Assembly (NCBI GenBank): GCA_030390025.1
Contig: CM059432.1
Coordinates: 43,340,001-43,404,000 of the forward strand
DNA length: 64,000 nucleotides
Direction of reading: 5' to 3'
DNA from: Squalus acanthias
Lineage: Eukaryota
Within the stretch, counting starts at the first letter, position 1. Each line of letters begins with the position of its first letter. Below, piece after piece: positions 45,029 to 55,910 of this stretch. Below the pieces are notes generated by a model. That model was not told the origin of the DNA. It was given only the letters and a program-made list of their open reading frames with translations, and ran no database searches. Position numbers and translations under genes: made by a program.

Positions 45029-47526
45029 TGTAAGGGGGTTTCGCCTGGCTCTGTGCTTAGCCTGGGTGCTAGTGCGAGGTTAGGCCTTGTTGCCCGTTCT
45101 GGTCTCCAGCCAGCCTGGTAGCACTAGACACCTGTGAGTGGTTCGACCCACTCGCCCTTACGGTTCTGACACTGGACTTAGGTGCGAGAGCAGTAAATGC
45201 AGAGAAAAACTCAGGTAGACCCGGTTGAATAGTACGAAATGGAAAATCTTTATTGCATATTATTCAAGATTACGAAATACATGTCATAAGCACAGATTAA
45301 TGACAGTACAAACTTACATACATTTATGCAACTAGGTTTAGGGAAACGAGGAACGCACGACACATCGTAAAAGGGGACACACATTATAATTATCCTTAAA
45401 ACAAAAACCCTCCCCTATCAATACCTGTCCTAATCTAGATCTGTAGGATCAAGAACCATGCTCACTACTCGTGATAACTCGGAGAATTCTAAAACGATGC
45501 TCGGATGTTTTCACCACAGCACCTGACTATTCACGTGTTGATCAGGGGTCTCTGTACCCCACTTGTTTACTCGCTTTGCTCCGGCTAGCAGGCTGGACCG
45601 TCTGCTGTCATGAAGATCTGTGTTGACCTCGGAACTCTGATAAAACTCAAAGAAGAGTCTTCCTGTGCCCGACACCGGTTGGCAGTAGAATTCGTGTGGT
45701 AACCTGTAAATGTTCTTTATAGTTCGGGCGCGGTCGGGGTTTACTGATCGCGGCGACACGTGTAGTCGTCTTGGGTCCGGCTGTAGAACTCAAAGAAAAG
45801 TCTTTCTGGACCGACACCAGTTAGCCGGTAGAATTCAAAGAAGAGTCTTTATATTTACGGGCGCGGTCGGGGTTTACTGACCGCGGCGGCACGTGTAGTC
45901 GTCTTGTTCTTCTTGTCTTGTTTCGTTTCATTGGGCCTTCGGGTCCCTACACCGTTTACCGACCCTCAGGATGGTGCACCCGCATACCGGCCTTTGCAGC
46001 CCAGCTCTTCACAGATCTTCGCGGCAAGCCACGAGGTTGACTCCCGGAAGATCAGCGGACCAAGAGCTCGGTGGGCCGCAAACGAGAGCCAGGGGTCGAA
46101 TCAAGAGAAAGATGGACGTTTGTTTACTACAGTTATAGTACTGTAATTCTTTATCTCCCGCCCAATCTTAATGTTCATCTTTTGTCATGTTTTTGGCGCT
46201 CAAACTCCTTGTATGGGGTGGTACTTGTCGTTAATGGGTTTCGGTGATACCTGTAACTGTCTAAGTACCCGTTAATATTTCTCCCATTATGGAACCGGTT
46301 AGGAGTCTCCCTGGAGGGGTTTTGGGGCCCTCCGAATTCTTGCTGTGAGTACCCGCGAACGGCTCTCTCATCATAGAGCCGTGGGGAATTTGCGTATCAA
46401 TGTCTTTGGATGGGCCCTTAATTGCCCAGTACAATAGCCCTCGTTTGTGCATGGAAAACCGATTCCAGCACTTATATTCTCTTAGGTGTACAAAATGCAA
46501 AACGATCGCGTCTTGTCTTATTTCATTATGCTGAGTACTGTCCGATCTTGCTGAAATGTTTATTGAAATGCCATCTTGTCTGCCTACTGAAAAGTCTAGA
46601 AACTTCTGCCACGAGGCGCGGCGGCCATTTTACAGGCTGCTTGTGTCCGTTTTTGAACCTGACAGCATTTTGCTGAAATAAAGCTGTTTTTACGAAACTG
46701 TATGGGCTAAAAATTCGGCTGCTTGCGCCTCCCGTTAGCGCCTTAAGAGGGCGCTAATGGGGCGCAAAGCAGCTAACGCCCAGGCGCAGCGCCGCCCACG
46801 CCTCCCGCAAAATTCAGCGGGAGGTTAGCGGTGGCACCAGCCGGTAGCGCCCTGTGGCGCTGCGCCGCCGGCGATGACGTCATCGCCGTGCGCAGCACCC
46901 CGCTCGCGCTCCAGCCGCGATCTTTAGTCGCGCCCCCTGATTTACCGCCAGACGCTATGTGCGATGGGTTCAGGGGGGCGTACGTGCGGCCAGGGCGGCG
47001 ATATTTAAAGGGGAGGTGGCAGGCGGCCATTTTTGTTGCTGGCCGCCTGCCAGCACCTGCCCCCGTTGCTGTCCCCGGCCCCCGTGAAGCCCCCCCACCG
47101 TGAAGTGCCAGCTGCACTCCAAGAGCCCGGCACTTCTCTTGAGTGCCGGGCTCTTTTGCCAGCACTCCCGATCCCTGGGGGCCCAGCTGGGCCCCGGTTC
47201 GCGATGCGCAGGGCCCCTCCCCTTTAAGAAGGGGAGGAAGGCCTGCAATACCGCGGCGCGACGTGCTGCAGCGCCTGGCGCTGCGGCACGTAGCGCCAGG
47301 ATATTCCCTCGCAGCGCCCCAAGAGGGATGCGGGGTGCTTCCAGTAGCGCCCCGCTTCCCTCTTGGGGCGCAACCACTGAAGTTCCGGCGCGGGGGCGCT
47401 AATTTTTTCGGGGCGCTAAACGTAGCGCCCCGGCGAGGTTAGCGCCCCAAATGGGGCAATACTCAATTTTTAGCCCTATGTCTCTATCTCGTTATTTCGA
47501 AATCGTGATAATTTGCGAATTCTACA
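45029..47526 (-). repeat. Putative 5' LTR (~1.72 kb after removing the MITE)
   Basis: Starts TGTAG exactly at the LINE junction and ends TTACA 5 nt before the PBS. AATAAA on minus at 45249-45254. No second copy is available to confirm it. Confidence 0.72.
46704..47476. mobile_element. Harbinger MITE related to the 32803-36958 element, inserted in the ERV LTR
   Basis: TIRs (GGGCTAAAAATT / AATTTTTAGCCC) and TSD TAT. It shares TTGCGCCTCCCGTTAGCGCCTTAAGAGGGCGCTAATGGGGCGCAAAGC with the reverse complement of the autonomous element's right end. Confidence 0.9.
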
Positions 47527-47614
47527 CTGCAGCCACGGTACGCCGGTGGTGGAGGGAGTGAATGTTTAAGGTGGTGGATGGGGTGTCAATCAAGCGGGCT
47601 GCTTTGTCTTGGAT

Positions 47615-50352
47615 TGAAGGGATAATTACAAGTCCTTGCCCTTCTTGGGCTACCCCAGATCAGGCGTATTCCCCAGACGTTCCCCTTCAACTAGAGTTAG
47701 AGATAGCCGAATCCTCTCAGACGCTTAATTGGGTCTAAAGGTTCAGACTATCTCTCCCTAAAGGAAAGGAACAGCCTAAAGATGTTACCATCCTTCGGAT
47801 AGCACTTTTTACAAGTTTAACTAGACTGTAATCTTCCGGATATTATGAGGGTCCGGAAAACCCCCCAGAATTCTGCAACTCCTCTCAAAGGCGTGTACAG
47901 AAATTGAGTTTGCGAGATTGATACAGAAATACTCTTGGAGACAATTTAAAAAATATATAGATTTATTAAAGAACCGACATTTAGTTAACAGCTGGTATTG
48001 CATTCGCAACTTTAACTGTTCAAAATACAAATAGCTTACATTTCTTATCAGAGATCCTTATTCTCAAATCTTAACTTTGTTACATTTCCACACTTCTACT
48101 TATTTCTTAATCCAGAATATCCACCAAAATCAAATACCTTGATTACCCGAGACTCAGAGTTGTAGGCCTACAGAGTGGTTCTGAAGGCAAGAATCGCTCT
48201 GCCCCTTCCCAGCGACTTCTGACTCTCTATCTGAAAAGCTCTATTTTTATACCTTTTTTAGTGGTATGTTCTTTGAAGTTTTCTGCTGATGTAAGCTAAT
48301 TATCTCCAGCCATTCTTTATTGAATTCTTTTCTATTCTTACTGTCATTTCAGCTGCCAACTTTTAGAATTCTGTCTCTACCTTTAGGTGTTTCAAAAACT
48401 TATCATTTTTATGGTTATTATTGATTTATCTATTTGATGCTATTCTTAGGAAGTCTTTCTATTGAATTCTTAACTCCCTTTAGCTGCTTGTTAGCAGATG
48501 TCGTGTCTCCTAACTATTCCATTTTCAATACAAACACAATGTAATTGCTTGGTGTCATCTATTGATATTATATCTTCAAAGTGTTTTTTAGGTATCTTTT
48601 ACAACTTGTAAATTAAAAACGCTTCATCTAGGGTGTTCTTTGCATTTCTTAGCTATTTCAATTGGTTGCATATTTAATTGTGTTTCCTGTCTTATTTGAT
48701 GTTACTTTTACAAAGGCACATGGTTTTTTTAATGTTCTGTGCACCTGTTCGACGTGTTAGATTTTAACACTTTACTTGGGCATTGCTATTGTTTTGGTAC
48801 CAAACCACAGACTCCTTGGAACCAACTCTTTGCTTCTCCAATAGGGCCTTTGTCTTTGTATTTACAAACCAATTCCCATTTCAAAGCTTGTTTGGTGCTT
48901 ACAGCTTTTGTTATCAACTGTTCTTATCTCAAAAGCCTGTATTGTGTTTGCAGCCTGTGTCCCTGAGTCTTTCCAGACTTTTAAACCCAGTATGTAATGT
49001 ATTAATAATATCAGAAATCTGTTCATAGGATGGTGTATTTTTCTGAAATATGGCTATTCCATTACACCTGAAGATGTTACCATCCTTCGGATAGCACTTT
49101 TAACAAGTTTAACTAGACTGTAACCTTCCGGATATTATGAGGGTCCGGAAAACCCCCCCAGAATTCTGCAACTCCTCACAAAAGAGTGTACAGAAATTGA
49201 GTTCGTGAGGTTGATACAGAAATACTCTGTGAGATCATTTTAAAAATATATAGAGTTATTAAAGAACCGACATGTAGTTAACAGCTTTTGATTTCAATCG
49301 CAACTTTAACAGTCCAAACTACAAATAGCTTACATTTCTTATCAGAGATCCTTACTCTCAAATCTTAACTTCGTTACATTTCCCCACTTCTACTTATTTC
49401 TTAATCCAGAATATCCACCAAAATCAAATACCTTGATTACCCGAGACTCAAAGAGTTGTAGGCCTACAGAGTGGTTCTGAAGGCAAGAATCGCTCTGACC
49501 CTTCCAGCGACTTCTGACTTTCTATCTGAAAAGCTCTATTTTTATACCTTTTTTAAGTGGTTTATCCTTTGAAGTTTTCTGCTGATGTAAGCTAAATATC
49601 TCTAGCCATACCGTTGTTGACTTCTTTCTATTCTTACTGTTAATTCAGCTGTTAGCTTTCAGAATTCTGTCTCTGTATAGGTGTTTCAAAAATCTTATCA
49701 TATAAAATAGTTAGTACAGATTTATCTCTTTGATGCAATTCTTTCGAAGGTCTTCAATTCAATTCTTAATATTGGCTTAACTGCTTGTATTTCAGACTTC
49801 TCGTCTCCTTGTGTTCCAAGTTTAACACATAAACAATGTGATTGCTTGGTACATCTATTGATATAATATTTTCAAAGTGTTCTGTAGGTAACTTTTACAA
49901 TATGTAAATCAAAACACTTCATCTAGGGTGTTCTTTGCATTTCTTAGCTATTTCAATTGGTTGTATATATATTCTTGTTTCCTGTTTCATTTGATGTTAC
50001 TTTTACAAAGGCACATGGTTTGTTAATGTTCTGTTTTTCTGTTCGACATGTTAGCTTTTAACACTTTACTTGGGCATTGCTATTGTGTTGGTTCCAAACT
50101 ACAGACACCTTGGAACCAACTCTTTGCTTCTTCAATAGGCCATTGTGTCAGTGTCAATAACCAATCTTTATCTCAAAAGCCTGTATGGTGTTTACAGCTT
50201 TGTGACTCATCTTATCACAGAAGCCTGTATTTACAGCTTGTGTCGTTGAGGCTTTTAGATTTTTAACCCTAGTTTGTCATGTTTTAATAAAATCAGAATT
50301 TTGTTCATAGGATGGTGTATTTTTCTGAATAGGTTTGGCTCATTCCTTTACA
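47615..50352 (-). repeat. Two tandem diverged LTR-like units (47615-49066 and ~49067-50352)
   Basis: ~1.29-kb direct repeat. Each unit begins TGTAA on minus and has TATAAAAA. The block ends CA and has TSD-like GGAT/AGAT flanks. Confidence 0.7.
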
Positions 50353-51479
50353 AGATGTTGTTCACATGTAACGATCAGGAGCAGTTCTCTATTTTGTTTG
50401 CCTCTGGCAGATGCCAACGCTACTAGAAACACATCTTAGACATCTGCCGGCTTCTGGAGGCCACAAAATGTGACTTACTGTGTCCATTTTGGGGATGGGT
50501 AGTGTTAGTGCCATTCTCAGCGAGTGCAAAGTTAGGTCTCCTTCATAAGGGAACCTCATTTAATTTTTTTAACTTCCCTGGGAGCTTCTTTCAGGGATCC
50601 AGGCCAAGCACCTGACCTAGGCCATCAGTTGGGACCCATTGACACCAGTTAGCAGCTTGGTATTCCTGATCTTGTTAGGCGTACCAGTCAACAATCTGAC
50701 TGAGCAGCCGGGAATGTGGGAACTCCGAAATTTAGTCCCCTTCCTTGCATCTGCCCCTCTTATGCAGCTGCCCTTGTAAGAAGCAGGTGGAGACTCCGCT
50801 TTTGTCAGTGCCAGGCAGGGATTCTATCACAAGGCCAAGTCCCAACGTATCCAGGTCCCAACCGAACTCGTGGTCCTTCTGCCACACTTCTGCCAGAGCC
50901 ACGGTGCACTGGAAGGGGCTGCGGAGCCTTGGCCCTTTTATTTCTAGAAACCAAAACTACAAACAGATTACAAGTTGAAATAAGAAAAATTACAAGCATT
51001 TAACAAAATATGGTCCAGGTATAAACATTATTTAAATCTAAAATTTACAAAAATTATTTTTTTACAAAAAAGAACAATCACACAATGCTTTCACATTGAT
51101 ATAGTAATAAGATACAGAAGGGAAGTCTCATCTTCAGGTCAGAGTTCCAGTGAACTTCCACCCGCCTTTCTATATCTGCCCTGTCCCAACCCATTTTCCA
51201 ATGTTGGGCTCATTACATATACGTGGCGAGCTTCCAGCAGGAATCCTGCTGTCAAGAGAGAGGATGCCAGTGTGTGTAAGGAAACTCCGGCGGTACTGCA
51301 GTGAGACGCCGCTGCAGCACTAGAAGAGGTGTCAAGGGACCTTATAAGGGCAGAAGCACGCTGAAGATTGAAATAAAGGCCAAGATGAAGATCTTCGACA
51401 TGTAAGTGTCTTTGTCTAATTGGAGGGAGAGGAGACCACTACAGGGCCCACTCCCTCTATTGGGGAGAACACAGAGCCT

Positions 51480-51825
51480 TTTTTTTTATTCATTCGTGGG
51501 ATGTGGGCGCCATTGGCAAGACCAGCATTTATTGTCCATTTATTGTGTGGCACGAATGTTACTTGCCACTTATCAAGCCAAGCCTGAATGTCGTCCAGGT
51601 CTTGTTGCATGCGGGCATGGACTGCTTAATTATCTGAGGAGTTGCAAATGGAAGTGAACACTGTGCAATCATCTGCGAACATCCCCACTCCTGACCCTAT
51701 GATGGAGGGAAGGTCATTGATGGAGCCGCTGAAGATGGTTGGGCCTAGGACTCTGCCCTGAGGAACTCTTGCAGCAATGTCTTGGGGCTGTGATGATTGG
51801 CCTCTAATAACCACAACCATCTTCC
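51480..51825 (-). mobile_element. CR1/Zenon-like LINE fragments
   Basis: Peptides VPQGRVLGPTIF, MFADDCTVF, QQDLDDIQAW. Confidence 0.8.
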
Positions 51826-52559
51826 TTACCTCTGTTACCTCGTCAAATAATTATATGCGGCTTGTCAAGCACACATGTCCCTTGTGATATCTGTGTTGGC
51901 TATTTTCTCTTTATCTAGATACATGGTATTTTCATCCTTAAAGACTGCTCCAATTCTGGTCTTAAAATTTTTCCTATAACAGATTTTAACTGATTTAACC
52001 TGCAATTATGTGGATTATCTTGTACTCGCTTTTTAAAAATGGCTACTGCATTGGCCATTCTCCAGACCTCTGGCACACCTCCATACTCAACAGAGCCCTG
52101 AATTATAATTTCTAAAGCCGCGACAATTTCCTCCTTCAGGATCCTAGGATGTATCCTGTTGGGCCCTGGAGCCTTTTCTTCCTTTAGTGTACTAACCTAT
52201 CTAAAATTTTCCTTTTATCCATCATAATGTTGCTCATCTCATTTTCAACCACCTCAGTATTCACCTCCTCTCTCATATCCTTCTGTTTAATAAAGTTGAT
52301 GCATGTTGATGTCCTGACTGAAAAGATTAGGAACTGTAACATATACACTGAAAAATTGTTGAATAATAATACAATAGTTGCTTATTTGGAAAATATTCAT
52401 TACATCTTAAAAGTGATAGATTGCTCATGCTAGAATTCTAATATTAGCAATTCTATTACCTACAATGACAATTAAATTATACTACTCCTGTAATGGATGC
52501 TGCATTATTTTTGAGCAATCAAACTATTTTCCCTCCATTTTTCCCCTGTTTTCTCCCCA

Positions 52560-52937
52560 CTCAGAGAAGGTTAAGGGGAGATCTGATAGAAGTGTTCAAA
52601 CTCATGAAGGGTTTTGATAGAGTAAATAAGGAGAAGCTGTTTTCAGTGGCAGAAGTGTCGGTATCCAGAGAACACAGATTTAAGGTAATTGACAAAAGAA
52701 CCAGAGGCAACAGGAGGAAAATAAAATTTACACAGCGAGTTGCTATGATCCTGAAAGGGTGGTGGAAGCAAATCCAATAGTCATTTTCAAAAGGGAATTG
52801 GATAAATACTTGAAGGGGAAAGATTTTCAGGGCTATGGGGAAAGAGCAGGGTAGTGGGACTAATTGGATAGCTCTTTCAAAGAGCCGGCACAGGCACAAT
52901 GGGCCAAATGGCCTCCTTCTGTGCTGTATCATTCTAT
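52560..52937 (+). mobile_element. CR1 3' fragment
   Basis: RRLRGDLIEVFKLMKGFDRV and a tail ending in ATTCTATG. Confidence 0.8.
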
Positions 52938-53214
52938 GAAGACTGAAGACACTGATTCATTCTGCAGTACAGTTCCATCACTGTCAGCAGCCCCCCAGTA
53001 TTTTACACAAGTGGCAATTCTTCAAGTGTGAATCTAGACGGTAAAGCTATGACAATGGGGTGGGGGGGGGCGGTAGTTGAGGGTGAAGGTGGGGGTGTGT
53101 GGAGCTGACAGATGATTTTTATGGGAGGCCCATTTCCCGTTACACCACAGCCAACCTACTTAACAAAATAATCTAGACAATAATTACAGAAACAAACCAT
53201 TCAAATTTATATCT

Positions 53215-54830
53215 GGTGAAACCCTCGTCCATGCCTTTGTTACCTCTAGACTTGACTATTCTAATGTTCTCCTGGTCGGCCTCCCATCTTCCACCCTACA
53301 AAAACTTGAGGTCATCCAAAACTCTGCTGCCATATCCTAACTCGCACCAAGTCCCGTTCACCCATCGCCCCTGTGCTCTCTGACCTACATTGAGTCCCAG
53401 ACCGGCAACGTCTCAATTTTAAAATTCTCATCCTTGTTTTCAAATCCTTTCACGGCCTCGCCCCTCCCTATCTCTGTAACCTCCTCCAGCCCTACAACCC
53501 TCCGAGATCTCTGCACTCCTTCAATTCTGGTCTCTTGCGCATCACTGATTTTAATCGCTCCACCAGGAAGATGGTTGTGGTGGTTGGAGGTCAATCATCA
53601 CAGCCCCAGGACATCGCTGCAAGAGTTCCTCAGGGCAGTGTCCTAGCCCCAACCATCTTCAGCTGTTTCCCTCCAACATAAGGTCAGAAATGGGGATGTT
53701 CACTGATGACTGCAGTGTTCAGTGCCATTCGCAACTCCTCAGATAATGAAGCAATCCATGCCCGCATGCAACAAGACCTGGACGACATTCAGGCTTGGGC
53801 TGATAAGTGGCAAGTAACATTCACGCCACACAACTGCCAAGCAATGACTATCTCCAACAAGCAAGAGTCTAACCACCGCACCTTGACATTCAACAGCATT
53901 ACCATTACCGAATCCCCCACCATCAACATCTTGGGGGTCACCATTGACCAGAAACTTAACTGAACGAGCCACATAAATACTGTGGCAACAAGAGCAGGTC
54001 ACAGGCTAGGTATTCTGCAGCGAGTGTCTCATCTCCTGACTCCCCAAAGTCTTTCCACCATCTACAAGGCACAAGCCAAGAGTGTGATGGAATACTCTCC
54101 ACTTGCCTGGATGAGTGCAGCTCCAACAACACTCAAGAAGCTCAACACCATCCAGGACAAAGCAGCCCACTTGATTGGCACCCAATCCACCACCTTAAAC
54201 ATCCACTCCCTCCACCACCGGCATGCCGTGGCTGCAGTGTGTACCATCTACAAGATGCACTGCAGCAACTCACCAAGGCTTCTTCGGCATCACCTTCCAA
54301 ACCCACAATCTCTACCTCCTAGAAGGACAAGGGCAGCAGGCGCATGGGAACACCACCACCTCCAAGTTCCCCTCCAAGTCACACACCATCCTGACTTGGA
54401 TGTATATCGCCGTTGCTTCATCGTCGCTGGTTCAAAATCCTGTAACTTCCTCCCTAACAGCACTGTGGGAGTACCTTCACCGCATGGACTGCAGCGGTTC
54501 AAGGCAGCTCACCACCACCTTCTCAAGGACAATTAGGGATGAGCAATAAATGCTGGCCTTGCCAGCGACGCCCACATCCCATGAACGAATAAAAAAAACA
54601 TTGGCGGCCATGCCTTCAGCTGCCAAGGTCCTAAGCTTTGGAATTCCCTCTCTAAACCTCTCTTCCTTTCAGACACCCCTTCGAACCTATCTCTTTGACC
54701 AAGCTTTTGGTCACCTGCCCTAATTTCTCCTTATGTGGCTCAGTGTCAAACTTTGTTTAATAACACTCTTGTGAAGCACCGTGGGATGTTTTACTATGTT
54801 AAAGGCGCTATATAAATACAAGTTGTTGTT
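53215..54830 (+). mobile_element. L2 3' fragment split by a CR1/Zenon-like LINE
   Basis: L2 text ([12 protein letters not shown]) runs to ~53563, resumes at ~54599 and ends (TTG)n. Confidence 0.82.
53567..54598 (+). mobile_element. 5'-truncated CR1/Zenon-like LINE (RT C-terminus and 3' tail)
   Basis: VPQGSVL, ILGVTIDQKLN, IYKAQAKSVMEYSPLAW, SLHHRHAVAAVCTIYKMHC, and an A-rich end. Confidence 0.85.
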
Positions 54831-55544
54831 GTATCCACAGCTAACAACATTTAAATGAACCTTTAATTGCTTTTACAGAAACTAAGTGTAAAGCAAACCA
54901 TTTGCAACTGAATCAACCAAAAGAGTGTTTTGTAACTTTTACATGTTAAACAGATTGACTAATAATAATATGCCCTGGCTCAGTGGAATGATGGTACAGT
55001 TCCTCAGTACACACCCAGGATCTGTAGTTGTTCAATGTCACTTAAAATTTCCTGTTTTACATGCTAATTTTATTTATATCTTCACATTTGTTTGGTTGGC
55101 TTGAGTATGTCAGGAGGAGTTAAAATTTAGAATGGGAATTCCATATTTTGGATCCATGAATCTGTACCTCAATTCCAGATTACATTGCAAATGTTCCACT
55201 TTTCAGTTTTTAGTTTTCTGAGCCATTATAACTATGCTAAAAATAAACAAACCAAAAGCTCCAAAGTTGCACTTATCTCAACTAGTCACATTTATCCTCC
55301 AAATCAAAATAAAGCTGAATGGAATAGATTTGGAAACACCCAAGAAGATCCAAGTTAGGCCACATTCAGATCAAATTAGAATTGGAAAGGAATCTTCAAC
55401 TCATCCCCACTGTTTATCTGTAATATTGATTCAACTAACTTCCAAATAAAATATTTCAAATAGTGTAAATATGCATCAATGTATCCTGCTTGTAAATGCC
55501 ATGTTGGGAATATGGGACGATTCCTCTCTGCGTTCTCACCCAAA

Positions 55545-55910
55545 AGCGTTCACTCCCTCCACCATCGGCGCACCATGGCTGCAGGGTACTGCATCTACAA
55601 GATGCACTGCAGCAATTCGCCAAGGCTTCTTCGAAAGCACCTCTCAAACCCACAACCTCTACCACCTAGAAGGACAATGGCAGCAGGCGCATGGGTACAC
55701 CACCACCTCCAAGTTCCCCTCAAGTCACACACCATCCTGACTAGGGAGTATATCGCCATTCCTTCATGGTCTCTGGGTCAACACCCTGGAACTCACTGTC
55801 TAACAGCACTGTGGGAGTACCTTCACCACACAGACTGCAGCGGTTCAAGAAGTCGGCTCACCACCACCTTCTCAAGGGCAATTAGGGATGGACAATAAAT
55901 GCTGGCCTTG
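55545..55910 (+). mobile_element. CR1/Zenon-like LINE 3' fragment
   Basis: Similar to 54200-54565. Confidence 0.8.

Larger units (their letters stand above)
39450..47526 (-). mobile_element. Pol-less endogenous retrovirus-like element (lokiretrovirus-like): 5'LTR-PBS-gag-ORFX-env, with no 3' LTR
   Basis: LTR TGTA...TACA, 18-nt tRNA PBS, gag with CCHC, and env with signal peptide, furin site and TM. No PR/RT/IN motifs between gag and env. Confidence 0.85.
39321..50372 (-). mobile_element. Short 5'-truncated CR1/Zenon-like LINE hosting nested LTR elements (LINE pieces at 39321-39449, 47527-47614 and possibly ~50353-50372)
   Basis: Poly-T head at 39321. The first two pieces match the 53567-54598 copy. 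A 14-bp TSD GATCAGGAGCAGTT lies at 39309-39322 and 50373-50386. Confidence 0.8.

Noticed and set aside
45135..45172. Alternative tRNA-Leu-like PBS (GTGTCAGAA...AGTGGGTCGAACC on minus)
   Set aside because: It is interrupted and lacks TGG. The perfect 18-nt tRNA-Arg match next to a TTACA end is much better.
45620..45906. CRISPR-like repeat/spacer array
   Set aside because: Irregular spacing, partly duplicated spacers, eukaryotic LTR context and no cas genes.
39228..50740. Outer Harbinger MITE enclosing the whole nested stack
   Set aside because: The TIR match (GGGGCCAAAACCCG vs GGGGACTAAATTTCG) and the TSD are too weak to call.
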